Origin: the human T2T-CHM13v2.0 reference genome, Homo sapiens
Strand: one strand, 5' to 3'
NCBI RefSeq assembly: GCF_009914755.1
Contig: NC_060926.1
Length of the DNA: 64,000 nucleotides
How positions within the stretch are numbered: the stretch's first letter is position 1; each line of letters starts with the position of its first letter. The notes beneath the pieces were generated by a model. The model made no database searches. It was not told where the DNA came from and worked only from the letters and a program-made list of their open reading frames with translations. Made by a program: the position numbers and the translations under genes. This document shows positions 29,691 through 45,845 of this stretch, piece after piece.

Positions 29691-30583
29691 GATGGAGCTC
29701 CCTGGGGAAAAAAAAAGCAGCCTGAGGCATGCAGCCAGCCTGACTGTTTGGGTGTCTCCCAGTCTCATTCTTCTGCTTCTCTATCTCCCCTCCTGTACTC
29801 CTACTCCAGAGTCTCCCGAAAGCCTATAGATCTGCTCCAGAGAGGAAGCTGGGAGCTGATTCTGGAGGAGAGCCCTAGACCAGGGCCCCCAGCTTTCTCT
29901 TATGCTCTGGAAAGTGTTTACCAAGTGCCCAGCCTTGAAGTCATTTGTGACGCTCTCTGCCTTACTGAAGAAAAATGGGTTTTGCCTCAATTCCTCAGTC
30001 CTGTTTAAATATTTAGTTTAATCAGCACTGGCCCAAGTGCCTTTTCCATTTCCCCCAGTGCCTGGGAGCCATGCTGACACCAGCATCATAAATAATGCAT
30101 CCGATCCCAGCAACATGCCACTGGCCGGGAGTCACTCCCTCCCTCAAGTCTCCCAGCCTGCCCGATGCTGCAGATGCTTTGGGTAAAGCTCGACCAAGAT
30201 GGAGAAGTCAGTCTTGAGCCCTGCAACCTTCAGCCAGAAAGCCACTCCTGGAGGGAGTCAGTATGACAAGCAAGTGGTCCCCATGCCAGCCCAGATCTGA
30301 GGGGCCTTTGAGGGGCTGTATTGGTGGGGGGAATGGGAAGAGGTAGAAGCACCAAGGCCACAGAGTGTTCAACTCTACCTTCAGCATTGCTCTGACCTCA
30401 TGGGGAGACTTCAGGGCCCGTTAGAAAAGGTCTGACTTAGGCTCTGTGTGAGTATAGAGCAGAGGACAAGGGCACCCGATTTCCAGATTTCAGGAGCCAG
30501 CCAAGATCAAGGGCAGAGGAAGGAGGCCCTACGAAACGCTGGAAACTTCTCTCCTCCTTCTGCCTCCAGAATTCTAGCTTCTA

Positions 30584-30967
<384 letters not shown>

Positions 30968-31823
30968 TTATGTCTCCTCTTACAGAAAGGAACCAATGAC
31001 AGGTTTTGGCTGGACGGATTCTGGGTGTCCTTTACCAAAGCCTCGAAAAGGTCAAACTGCCTCCAGGTGTCCTGCTCAGTGCTCTGATCTGTGCAATTAA
31101 ACGTGAAACATTGCATTAGTTGCCACTAATAATATAGTCCTGACCTGGCTTTGTAAAAGCAGCTCCTTGAAGTGTCTCTGTAATACTCATGCTTTTTTCC
31201 TCCAAAAATTTACAGAGATAAAAGGAGACATAAACAATGATTTATTTATCTAGGACTTCGAAGTTTAGCTTGAGCTCTCCAACATTTTCAGTCCTTTTTG
31301 AAATCAAGAGTGCAAATAAACTTCCCTCTGTCTCTTATAGAAAGGGCAGTAGCTACAAACCTACAGATAAAGATAAAAGGAACTGATAAAAAGAGCAAAT
31401 TCTAGTCTCTATTCCTCAGTCTGGCAGGGGATGTGGGGGGTTCATGAGTCCCCTCTCTGTGTCCTTGGAGTCGTCTACACCATTGGGTATCTCAGGCCAA
31501 CCCTACCAATTTATTTTGAGCTGCCTAGCACCTGAAGAATCAAGAACCACCAAGGAAAGATGGCAGGGGAGTTGGTATTCATTGGCCACCACTTTGCCAA
31601 ATCCAGTGTTGATTTATTATTACTCTTGCTCCAGTTTGTCGGTTGGACCACTCCCTTTTTCACTTGGCTTTTGCGACCGGTACTTCCCTGACATTTTTCA
31701 CACCTCCCTCAATGCTCCCTAGTCTCTCTTTATGGCTCTCCTCCTGATCACTACCTGCATAGTTCTCAATTCTTGGCTACACTGTGGAATCACCTGAGGA
31801 CTTTTTTTTTTTTTTTTTTTTGA

Positions 31824-31931
<108 letters not shown>

Positions 31932-32724
31932 TAGCTGGGACTAACTGGGACTAAAGGCATGTGCCACCACGCCTGGCTAATTTTGTATTTTTAGTAGAGA
32001 TGGGGTTTCTCCATGTTGGTCAGGCTGGTCTTGAACTCCCGACCTCAGGCCATCTGCCCACCTCGGCCTCCCAAAATGCTAGGATTACAGGCATGAGGCA
32101 CCACACCCAGCCTTTAAAAAAATTTTTTTTTTTTTTGAGACAGAGTCTCACTCTCTCACCAGGCTGGAGTGCAGTGGCATCATCTCAGGTCACTGCACCT
32201 CCGCCTCCTGGGTTCAAGCAATTCTCCTTCCTCCCAAGTAGCTGGGACTACATGCACACGCTGCCACGCCCCGCTATTTTTTTTTTTTCCATATTTTAGT
32301 AGAGACGGGGTTTCACCATATTGCCCAGGCTGGTCTCAAACTCCTGAGCTCATGCAATCCGCCTGCCTCAGCCTCCCAAAGTGCTAGGATTACAGGCGTG
32401 AGCCACCGTGCCCGGCCTTTTTTTTTTTAACTAAAACCCATGGACTACTCCAAACTAATTAAATCAGGATTTCTTGGGGTGGAGCTCAGCCTTGTCTCAG
32501 TAGTTCCCCTGGAGCAGCTAGAGTAGAGAACCAACCTTTGCTCTCAATGTTGGCTTGCCCCAGGGCTCAGGCCTCTGCCCTCCTCTCCACCCACACTCCC
32601 TCTCCTGGCAGGTAATCTCACCAGTCTCCAGCTTCCTCCACTGTCTATGTGGTGGTGACTCCCAGATTTGTATCTCTAGTCTAGGCCTCTCTGCTAAGTT
32701 CCAGAGCCCAGATCCAGTTGTCTA

Positions 32725-33219
<495 letters not shown>

Positions 33220-34847
33220 TCACCTGAGGTCGGGAGTTCGAGACCAGCCTGACCAACATGGAGAAACCCCATCTCTACTAAACACAAAATTAGCCAGGCG
33301 TGGTAGCGCATGCCTGTAATCCCAGCTACTCTGGAGGCTGAGGCAGAAGAATCACTTGAACCCGGGGCGGGGGGCGGGCAGGGGGGTGCGGTGGAGGTTG
33401 CAGTAAGCCGAGATTGAGCCGCTGCACTCCAGCCTGGGCAACAAGAGCGAAACTCCATCTCAAAAAAAAAAAAAACTCCATTGGCCGTGACAGCTACCAT
33501 TCTACTCCAAGTCTTTGTTACTTCTCTCTTCCTTGAAATATGTCAATCTCCTATCAAGTCTTCTTGTTTCTCTTCCTGAGGGTTCATACTCTGCACAGCA
33601 GTCCAAGTGATTTTTTTTATTTTTAATTTTAATTTTTATTTTTTGAGATGGAGTTTTGCTCTGTAACCTCCGCCTCCCAGGTGCAAGCGATTCTCCCGCC
33701 TCAGCCTTCTGAGCAGCTGGGATTACAGGTGCACGCCACCACGCCCGGCTAATTTTGTATTTTTAGTAGAGATGGGGTTTCACCATTTTGGCCAGGCTGG
33801 TCTTGAACTCCTGACCTGAGGTGATCTGCCTGCGTCGGCCTCCCAAAGTGCGTGAGGCACTGTGCCCGGCTGATTTTTTTTTTAAAACTGCGTCACTGGC
33901 AAGTGAGCTTTTAAAAACAAATCAAGCTGTGGTTGGTGGTGGACGCCTATAATCTCAGCACTCTGGGAGTGAGCGAGTGGATCACTTGAGGTCAGGAGTT
34001 CAAGACCAGCCTGGCCAACAATGCGAAAGGCTTGAACCCGAGAGGCAGAGGTTGCAGTGAGGTGAGATGGTGCCACTGCACTCCAGCCTGGGCAACAGAG
34101 TGAGACTCCATCTTAAAAAAAAAAACAAAAAACAACAAAACAAAAAACAAACAAAACACACACACACACACACTCAAAACCCCAGGGCGTGGCACGGTGG
34201 CTCACACCTGTAATCACAGCACTTTGGGAGGCTGAGGTGGGCGGATCACCTGAGGTCAGGAGTTTGATACCAGCCTGGCCAACATAGTAAAACTCCATCT
34301 CTACTGGAAAAAAAAAAAATTAGCGGGGATATGGTGGCGCATGCCTGTAATCCCAGCTACTCAGGAGGCTGAGGGAGGAGAATCATCTGAACCTGGGAGG
34401 TGGAGGTTGCAGTGAGCTGAGATCTAGCCACTGTACTTCAGCCTGGGTGACAGAGCGAGACTCCATCTCAAAAACAAAACAAAAACCAAATTAAGTCTCC
34501 ATTATTCCATGTTTAAAAACTTCTAAAGGCTTCCCACTATATTTAGAATAAAATCCAAACTTTTTACCATGGCCCACCGGTCCCTATGGGATCCTGACCC
34601 TATTCACCTCCCTGACCCCATCTGCTCTCCACACTGGCCTTTCCATGTCATGATCAGGTCAGGCTGCTTCCTGATGTGGGGAACTTGCACTTTTTCCCTC
34701 TGTCTGGAATGTTGCTCTCCAGATGTCCCAAGTGTTCACTCTATTTCATTATTTTAGTTTCTTTTCAGTTCTTAGCATATACAAAAGGCCTTCCCTTACC
34801 ACCATCATCACTTTTTGTTCTCTGATCTTGATTTACTCTCCTTGTAA

Positions 34848-35122
<275 letters not shown>

Positions 35123-35449
35123 TGATCTACCCACCTCTGCCTCCCAAAGTGCTGGGATTACAGGCGTGAGCCACCGAGCCCGGCCCCAGGTGTCCTTTTC
35201 TCTTAGCACTAAGCCAACCATGTCAGCTAGGAGGAGAGACAAACCAAGGTGAGTTAAACATGTTGAGCTGTTTCAAGGGATTGAGTAGGACTTAGATAAA
35301 GTGGTGAGGGGGTCCCCTTCTTTCTCTGTGTATTTCTCTTTATTCTATTATTCTGTTTCTGTGTCCCTTAATCTGTGTATACTGTATACTGCTCTAAGTG
35401 TTTTCTGGGTGACTCTATGTTTACTTAAAATTGAAAGGTGGATACCATC

Positions 35450-35884
35450 TGTAGGAGTTTCCTAAGGCTCCTGTAACAAATTACAACAAATTGGGTAGCT
35501 TCAAACAATTCATTCTCTCACAGTTCTACAGGCCAGAAGCTTGAAAGCAAGGTGTCAGTAGGGTTAGTCCTGGAGTCTCTGGGGGACAATCCATCCCATG
35601 CCAGTGGTTGCTGGCAACCCCTGGCACTCCTTGGTTTGTAGCTGCATAAGTCCCATCTCTGCGTCTCCCTTCACAGGGCTGCCCCCTTTTCTCTGTGTCT
35701 TTCTTCTTCTGTCTCTTATAAGGACACATGTCATTAGACTTAGGGTCCATTCTAATCTCAGGATAATCTCATCTTGAGATCTTCAGCTTAATTATATCTG
35801 CAAACACACTTTTTCCAAATAAGGTCATATTCGCAGGTTCTGGGTGGGCATGTCTTTTGGGGGGCCACCATTCAACCCACTACA
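35450..35884 (-). mobile_element. MLT1-family (MaLR) solo LTR
   Basis: tgtaggagtttcctaaggctcctgtaacaaattac...ccaccattcaacccactaca; TSD ccatc/tcatc. Confidence 0.8.
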
Positions 35885-36986
35885 TCATCTTAGAGGCAAG
35901 AGGGTGAGGTAGGAATGAGTCAGATTTGCTTTTTCAGGCTGTGTCCCTTTCCGTCTCCTTCTGTTCTTTCCATCTTCCCTCCCCCTCCCCACCCCAGCTG
36001 CTTTTCAGGGCTGGGAAGAAGGAGTGAGGGTTGAGGCAGAACCTTCTGTGGATGCTTGCTGACAATTTTTCTAGCTAGTCCTAGTGAGATGGTCAGCACA
36101 GGCCATTCCCCCTTGGTTTCCCGGTCTGCCTTGGGCAGTGGCTTATGTGGCTCTGCCCACACTCTGCCTATTTGCACATTTGCACCTGGACTCTGATCTC
36201 CTGAACCTGACCTGCCAAACCTGTTTCCACCCAACCTGAAGGACTCAGGGAACCTGCTTCTTTCCCTGGGGCCAGGGTTTGGCTTATTCCTTAGATTGGC
36301 TGGGCTCTGGGGTGATGGTAACACCAGAAGTGGCTATTTCCAGCTCAGAGCTCCCTCCTAAACACCAGGCCTTTTCATCCAACTGTTTCCCAAAGAGAAG
36401 ACATCTACCTGGATATTTCCAAAGGCACCTCGAACACAACCCTTCCAGCACAGAACCTGTCCACTATCCTCTTCCCCAACTTGCCTTTCCTCCTGTATGC
36501 TTTACTCACTGATCTCTACTTACAGCTCCCCATAAGCCTTGTCACCACCCTTTCACCTCGTGCCTCCCTAGAGTCACCAGATCGGATCTTGCCTCCTACA
36601 TCTCTCTAAAACCATCTACTTATCATAACCCACTGCCTCTACCCTAGGCCAGACCACCACCCCTTCTCACCAACCTCCCAACTGATCTGGTCTGGAATCT
36701 CCACCCTTTCTAATCCACTCTCTGTACTGCAGTCTGAATCATCTATACAAACACCTTACTCCCTGTAACATTCCTTCAACACTTCCCATTGATTCTTTTT
36801 CTTGACCCTACAACCTCCACCTCCCAGGTTTAAGCGATTCTCCTGTCTCAGCCTCCCAAGTAGCTGGGATTACAGGCGCGCGCCACCATGCCTGGCTAAT
36901 TTTTGTATTTTTAATAGAGACGGGGTTTTGCCATGCTGGCCAGGCTGGTCTCAAACTACTGACTTCAGGTGATTCGCCTGCCTTAG

Positions 36987-37154
<168 letters not shown>

Positions 37155-37261
37155 TGAGTAGCTGGGACTACAGGTGCCCGCCACCACACCCAGCTAATGT
37201 TTTGTATTTTTAGTGGATATGGGATTTCGCCATGTTAGCCAGGACGGTCTCGATCTCCTGA

Positions 37262-37615
<354 letters not shown>

Positions 37616-38354
37616 TGAACTCCTGACCTCAGGTGATCCGCCTTTGCCTCCCAAAGTGCTGGGATTACAGGTGTGTGCCACTGTGCCTGGCCAACCATTT
37701 CTTATTCAAATCTACAGTAGTTAAAAAAGAGAAATAGTAGGGTCAGTTAGGTTAACCACCCAGAGGCTCATTTCTGTCCCCATTATGACTTAGTCCCTTT
37801 TCTACTACCTAAAGGTAATGTTACTAGAGAAGGAACCTTCTTGTGGAAGCAGCCAAATGGCTGAGCTAGCTCCCCTGTGAGGGCATGAGGGAACTATGGG
37901 ATCCGAAAACACATACTGCCCGAAACCAAGACCTTTAGGGATTTCATGTTTTTTGCACAGGAGATCTATGGAAGAACCATCTCTATGACTAGAGAAGCTA
38001 CAGAACTCCCAATTCTGTTTCCTTTCTCCTTGGGGCTCTTCTGCTTTGATTCTTGCCATCATATGCCTACACTTCTCTTGGGTTATGTTCCTCTGCCTTT
38101 AAAACCCAGGCCCTCCTTAGAATATGAGACAGACTGGCCTTTTCTGAAAGAATTTTACTAAATAAGAGAAGAAGTTAATGAAAGGAAAAAGAAGAGAGAA
38201 ATAAATCATGGAAAACACGAACCAACAAGATAAAGTCCCTTTTCCAAAGCCTGGCCTCTGGTTTCAGATTAATTACATTTTAGACCTCCAGGCTCCTGTC
38301 CTGGGTTCAGTATGACAGAACTCCCAGACTGTGGCCAGCACCAATCTCTTTTAA

Positions 38355-38528
<174 letters not shown>

Positions 38529-41500
38529 TAGTAGAGATGGGTTTTCACCATATTGACCAGGCTGGTCTCGAACTCCTGACCTCATGATCCGCCGGCCTCG
38601 GCCTCCCAAAGTGCTGGGATTACAGGTGTGAGCCACCGCGCTCAGCCAACCGGCACCAATCTCTTTTTATTTTTTCGCACATATAAAAACTCCATCCCTA
38701 CGTTGAGACAAAAACCAACTCTCCATTTTACCTATTCACCTAAAGCTTTCTTTTTTTTCTTTTGTTTATTTATTTTGAGACAGAGTCTTGCTCTATTACC
38801 CAGGCTAGAGTGCAGGGGCATAAACATGGCTCACAGCCTCTACCTCCTGGGCTCAAGCGATTTGCCTGCCTCAGTCTCTTCCAGAGTAGCCAGGACCATA
38901 GGTGCGCACCAACTGGCTAACTTTTTTTTTTTTTTTTTGGTAGAGGTGGGGTCTTGCCATGTTGCCTAGGCTCAAATGATCCTCCTGCCTTGGCCTCCCA
39001 AAATGCTGGGATTACAGGCGTGAGCCACCATGCCTAGCCACCTATAGCTTTCTTGCTGCATCCACTTCTCTTCAACTAAATGGTAAAGAACTACCTTGTA
39101 TGTGGTTCTTTAATTGCAACAACTGTGCAAGGAAATTTCATCCATGGAAGGGCTGGATTTGCCCTGGGATTTCTGGCATGGCCTGAGAGACACTTCTTCC
39201 TTAGTGATGAGAATAACTGGAATAGAGAGAAGGGACCTAACGCATATGAAGCGCCCAACAAGTGCCAAACACCTTCTATATTTAAATTTTACCAGGCTGG
39301 GCATGGTGGCTCATGCCTGTAATCCCAGCATTTTGGGAGGCTGGGCAGGCAGATCACTTGAGGTCAGGAGTTCCAGACCAGTGTGGCCAACATGGTGAAA
39401 CCCTGTCTCTACTAAAAATACAAAAATTAGCCAGACGTGGTGATGGGCACCTGTAGTCCCAGCTGCTTGGGAGGCTGAGGCAGGAGAATTGCTTGAGCCT
39501 CGGAGGTGGAGCTTGCAGTGAGCCGAATCCGAATCGTGCCATTGCACTCCAGCCTGGGCAGCGAGAGCGAAACTCCGTCTCAAAAAAAATTTTTTTTTCT
39601 ACCATAAGCCTTTGAGGTAGGTATCAACCAGTAGTCATATTTTGTAACCCCTCTTGAGGCTCAGAGGGGTTAAGTAACTTGCTCAAGGTCTTTATAGTTA
39701 AACTGCCAAACTAGGAGTGAAGTTAGGGCTGGTTGATGACAAGTTTGTGGTCTAAACCATGTAGCTAAGAAGGGAGAGGCGCCTTTGCTTTTTTAAAGGT
39801 GCAGGCTTTCCACCCGTCTTTGGTTGAAAGGTTTCTTTCAATCTACAAACATTTGCTGAACTCCTTTATGTGTGAACCTCTCTGGAATTAGGACATATAA
39901 AAGTTTCACAAAGTCCTTGTATTCAGCTCTTCTGATTCTTTGAGTCCACGATTTGTTGGTATTTATTCTTCAGATACTGAGCATCTACTGTGTCAGCTCA
40001 GAAATGTAGAGGACATTGGCCTAGGAGCTGGACATGGAAGAGACTAATATATAGAATCTAGAGCAAAAAACGGTTCTAAGGCCTGCCACCATCATTACCT
40101 CCTGCTAGTCCCCTTCAAGTCTTTGAGGCCTTTCATGGGGGGCTTCTGGATGAGGCTGTTCCTAAGGGGACATAGGGAGGAGTTTTCTCGGCATCTTTCA
40201 CCATTTATTGTGGTTAGCACAGTCATCATAAACACCTGGCAAGAGCACTAAGCTTGGGAAATGAGACAGGCACACAATGAATTAACAAAAACAGGGAAAG
40301 ATTTCGAAGGAGGAGAAATTGCTTATGAAAAATTAATGGGAAAACATCCTAAAGCTTGTGATCCACTTCTTTGCACTTTATGGTTTCTAGGTGGCTTTTG
40401 TACTTGGAGAAACACTGTGGTTCAGAACATTCTAGGCCAGAGGAAAGGGCTGATTCATAATCCCAAAATTGCTGCCAGTTTACTGTGTGATTCCAGGTGA
40501 ATTATTCAACCCTATTTATGTGTCAGCTCAGAAATGGAGTGATGTCAGTTTTGTCAGAATGTTTTTGGTGGGATCTCTGGTAAATGTTGAATGACAGCTA
40601 TGCAATGTGTGGAACAGAACACTTTTGCTTTCTTCTTTGGGTCAGAATTTGACACATGGCTCAGAATTTGACACACAGCAGAGAACCCTTGGGAATCTGT
40701 GGTTTTCTGGGGTTAAAAAGAAAGCAAGAGACACCTGTTATTTGCATGGTGCTCTGTGTTCCCTGGTTTACAAAGCATTTTCAGATATCATCGCAACTGA
40801 TCCTTACCACACCTGTGAAGGGGGAACTCACGTCCCCATTTTATAGACGAGGAAACAGGTCATAGAGTCAATGTAATTCAATAGTGCTTTATTTTTTATT
40901 TTTATATTTTGCCTCAGCTATGCACAGTTTTTTCATCTCAATACTTTGTGATAAGTGACCATCACAAATGTCATCACCAAACCACCAAAACACAACCTTC
41001 TTTTCTGGGGGCACCTCTTAGCCCCGCACAGACCTTAAACCCAGAGTCGACAGCACACAGCTGTGTATCACCACACATTCCAAACAAGCCACCACACCAA
41101 GAAATCTTCTTCGTGTTTATTATGCAGCAATGTCTGGGAGTACTTTGGAATGGACTGGCTTCTCTAAAGAAAGTTATTTGTGTTCATTTGGGGGATCGCC
41201 AGCTAAGATTCAACGTTGTTTTTTTTTTTTTGTATCTGTGAGAGTAGGAAGGCCGTGAAAACAGAGGTTGTTTAGAGAATTGGCCTGGGACAATAACCAT
41301 TTAGAAGCTTTAGGCACGTAACCAGTTAAGTGTCCATCGACATGAAACTGATTGAATACAATCTCCTCTGTTTGGGGGTGGTGGTGATTGTGAACTGTAG
41401 GGCCCTGTTCCCCCATGGACAAAGGAAGCCCCTCACTCCTAAAGGTCCCTTTTCCCAGCAGAACAGGCCCTGCATATACAGTGCCCGTCTAGAGCCAGGG

Positions 41501-41599
41501 CCTCCATCTGGGTGTTGGACAGTTGGTTCTGCTCAGCCCAGTTTTGGGGTAAACGATGACGCAGTTAGGGTGGCCTAGGAAGGGAGTTTTTCTACCTCT

Positions 41600-42960
41600 G
41601 TCCCCAGCTGGGTCTCTGGCGAGGCGGGAAGCACCCGGAATCTTCCTGGCCCTAGAGCCTGCAGGCTCCAGGCCGGCCCCTTGAATCTCACCGCGAGGAA
41701 GGCACCCTGCTGCCTGCACTTATTTGCATCCAAGAGTTTGCATTGAGACTGGCGCTTGCCTACTAGGGCAGCCACAGGGGGGTTCCCCAGGGACAGAGGT
41801 AGGGAAGGAGGACCTGTCTTGGGGTGGACAGGTGACGGGGTACCCTGGGTGGGGGAAGAGGTGCTGGGGAGAGGCTAAGCCCCAGCCCCCACTCTAATTC
41901 TCTAACAGCCCCTGGTCCGCATTTGAGTGCAGGCCTCTGCCTCAGCCAGGACCCTGACCCCAGGGCCCTCCACTTCCAGCAAGGCCCCCCACCCTCCCTC
42001 CCACTCCCACTCCCTTTCCCCTCCCCCTCCCCCCCAATTCCCGCTGGCCCCGCAGCGCTCCAGCCTCCCCGGGCCTCCCCCGGCCCGGCCCACTCGGCCT
42101 TGCTAGCCTGGCGCTGGGGGCGGGCACCAGCCCCCACCCCTCGGCGTCCCCTCCCCTTCACTTCCCCCACCCCCTGTCCCCTCCCTTCCCTCCCTTCCCC
42201 CCCGTGGCGAGGCAGCAGCGACGGCGGCGGCGGCAGCGGCGGTCGCGGCTGAGGCTGAGGAGGAGGCGGCGGCGGCGGGCGGGGCTCGGCTCGGGCTCCG
42301 CGGGCGGGCGGGCGGACATGGCGGCCAACATGTACCGGGTCGGAGGTAGGCAGGCTCGGCCCGACCCGGCCCGTGTGGGAGCGGGCTCCGGGAGCGGGGG
42401 GCCGGGGCGAGTGCACGCCAACTGCCGGGAGCCAAGGGCGCCGGGGCTGAGGTCGCAGTGGGCTGGGGCGCCGGGGCCCGCAGAGGGGCCGGGACTCCCC
42501 ACCCCCACCCATCCCTTCCCCTCCCCCCACGCGGGCTCGCGAGGGCCCGGGGCCACCTTCACCCTCGCACCCCGCCCAGTGTTTAGGGCCAGGCCTCTAC
42601 TTGGGGGTACGAATTACCAGACACCCCCCTCCACGAAACCCTCATCGGGGTAGGGCCCGTCGAGCCCCCTGAGAAGGTGGCCTTCTTGCGTGGCTTCTAG
42701 GCGCTGGAGAGGATGAGGGGACATCCCCTCTCCTGCTTCTTCCCCACTCAGTGGGAGCCTGGGGTGGGGGTGGGGGTGGGGGCGGGGGGGGCCCAGCCAG
42801 GGGCCCAGCTGGACGGGCCTGTTTGCGTGCCGGGGCCCTGCACCTCCCCTTCCTCGGCCCCCCTCCTTTTCGTTTCTGGTCCAGTCCCCCACGAATGGGG
42901 CTTCGTGGGAGCTGGGAACCTCAGCCGGAGGTGGGGAGTTGAGCTCTGCCTGGACGTTTG
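41600..42960 (+). promoter_or_regulatory. MTA3: CpG-island, TATA-less promoter of MTA3
   Basis: Very high GC and CpG density, GGGCGG boxes, GGC/GAG runs in the 5'UTR, free of Alus; surrounds the start codon. Confidence 0.92.
42318..42345 (+). CDS. MTA3: MTA3 coding exon 1 (MAANMYRVG + first nt of Asp10)
   Basis: GACATGG Kozak context inside the CpG island; translates to MAANMYRVG, the MTA-family N-terminus; donor G|GTAGGC at 42346; phase 1 joins exon 2 to form GAT. Confidence 0.97.
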
Positions 42961-44008
42961 CTCTGCTGCCTGCCTCCTTCCCAGTCTTCTGCGGAAGAGA
43001 GAAATAAGGTCAAACAAACTTTCTCCCTACTCACGACGCCCTCCTCCCTCTTTCCTGGTAAAATAATAATTCAGATAAGTGGCGTGTTTGTATGAGAGAC
43101 TGGCTCTTCCTTCTCTGCTCATTAGCCGAGCTTCTGATGGATGGTGGTGGGAATGGCCTGGCTAAATGAGGCCACTTTGCAGAAGAGAGCGGCGAAAGAG
43201 CCACTAAGATAGACAATAACAATGCAGCTGCCTTTCGGATAAACACACAGTGGGAAGTTTCCAGCAAGCCTATTAGATGAGAGGAAAAGCCACACTTGAA
43301 AAATTTTATCCTTTTAGTTGAAAGCCTGCAGCAATTTCTTAATCACAAGACATTAAATGGATCTGGATTAAATATGGTAAAAGGGTAAAAAAGATGCTGA
43401 TATCACCCCCAGAACACTTTGCCTCTTAGAAGTGATCCCCCGGCCCCCTTTTTTCCTCATCTTCCCAGGTAAAACTGTGGAAAAGTTTGTCAGCGTTCTT
43501 CCTCTTAACCTGTTCTGCTCATCTGATTTTTTTTTTTTTTTTTAAGTAGTGATTGAAATGTAGGTTGGACTGTGAAGCCTTTCTCCCTGCTCTGAATGTG
43601 TCTTAGGTCAATAGTTTTATGTGAGAAGCAGCCTGCAGGGCAAATTGTATTGGAGGAAAAAGATGTGGAAGTAGTTATAGTACAGAGGACACATGTTTAG
43701 CGTGCCCTGACTACACAGTGATAAGAGGTGTCTTTTTTGTTTATTATTAAAGAAATGACGTATTGGGACAGAAGTCTAGGAGAAACTGATAAAACATTAA
43801 TTGAAATGAAAATGCCAAGAAAATAAAGGTCTGTGAATAGTAGGCACGTGAGAGGATATATTAAGGCTGCATTATTATGTTTGCTTTTACCAGTGAATGA
43901 ATTATGAGCTTAATTTCAAACGTGAAATGCCTAACATAAAAAGTCTTGGATTGACAAATCTGAACTTTCTGTTAAAAAGATTAAGTTCTGTACTTCCTTT
44001 AATTACAG

Positions 44009-44076
44009 ATTATGTCTACTTTGAGAATTCCTCCAGCAACCCATACCTAATAAGAAGGATAGAAGAACTCAACAAG
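44009..44076 (+). CDS. MTA3: MTA3 coding exon 2 ([26 protein letters not shown] domain)
   Basis: Acceptor ttcctttaattacAG at 44007-44008, donor AAG|GTATAC; 68 nt; 28+68=96 nt gives phase 0. Confidence 0.97.
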
Positions 44077-44421
44077 GTATACACTGAGTGTTCTTAATTT
44101 TAATATTAAAAATATTTATTTTCCCTTGATGGGTAATTGGGTAAAGGGTGGCCTGGTGTGGGGGCTCATGCCTGCAATCCCAGTAAATTGGGAGGCCTGG
44201 CGAGTGGATAGCTTGAGCCCAGGAGTTGGAGACCAGCCTGTGCAACATAGTGAGACCCTATCTCTTATTTTTTTTTAATTAATATAAAAAGTAAAAATAT
44301 GGCTGGGTGCGGTGGCTCATGCCTGTAATCTCAGCACTCTGGGAGGCTGAGGCGGGCGGATCACCTGAGGTCGGGAGTTCGAGACCAGCCTGACCAACAT
44401 GGAGAAACCCCGTCTGTACTA

Positions 44422-44643
<222 letters not shown>

Positions 44644-44805
44644 TTACTTTCAGTCCCAGACTCTTTGAAAGATGAGATTTTAGGCTGGGCATGGCGGCTC
44701 ACCCCTGTAATCCCAGCAATTTGGGAGGCCAAGGAGGGGGTGGATCACTTGAGGTCAGGAGTTCAAGACCAGCCTGGCCAACATGGTGAAACCCTGTTTC
44801 TACTA

Positions 44806-45051
<246 letters not shown>

Positions 45052-45136
45052 TTAAAAGTGTGCAGATATTTTCAAATTGCTTAGAGCCTCTGAAAGAGCA
45101 GTTCACTTATGTAACTCAGACCCTTTTTATGTTTAG

Positions 45137-45559
<423 letters not shown>

Positions 45560-45629
45560 CTAGGCTGGCTGGGCACGGTGGCTCACGCCTGTAATCCTAG
45601 CACTTTGGGAGGCCAAGGCAGGCGGATCA

Positions 45630-45845
<216 letters not shown>

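Noticed and set aside
42315-42326. YY1-like motif ACATGGCGGCC
   Set aside because: Coincides with the Met-Ala-Ala start; very common and explained by coding constraint.
41763-42530. 255-aa antisense Pro/Gly/Arg-rich ORF and neighbouring ORFs
   Set aside because: Stop-codon scarcity in the CpG island; low complexity and no recognisable domain.
43897-44097. 66-aa ORF MNYELNF...[10 protein letters not shown]...
   Set aside because: Only 44009-44076 is exonic; the rest is open intron sequence around MTA3 exon 2.
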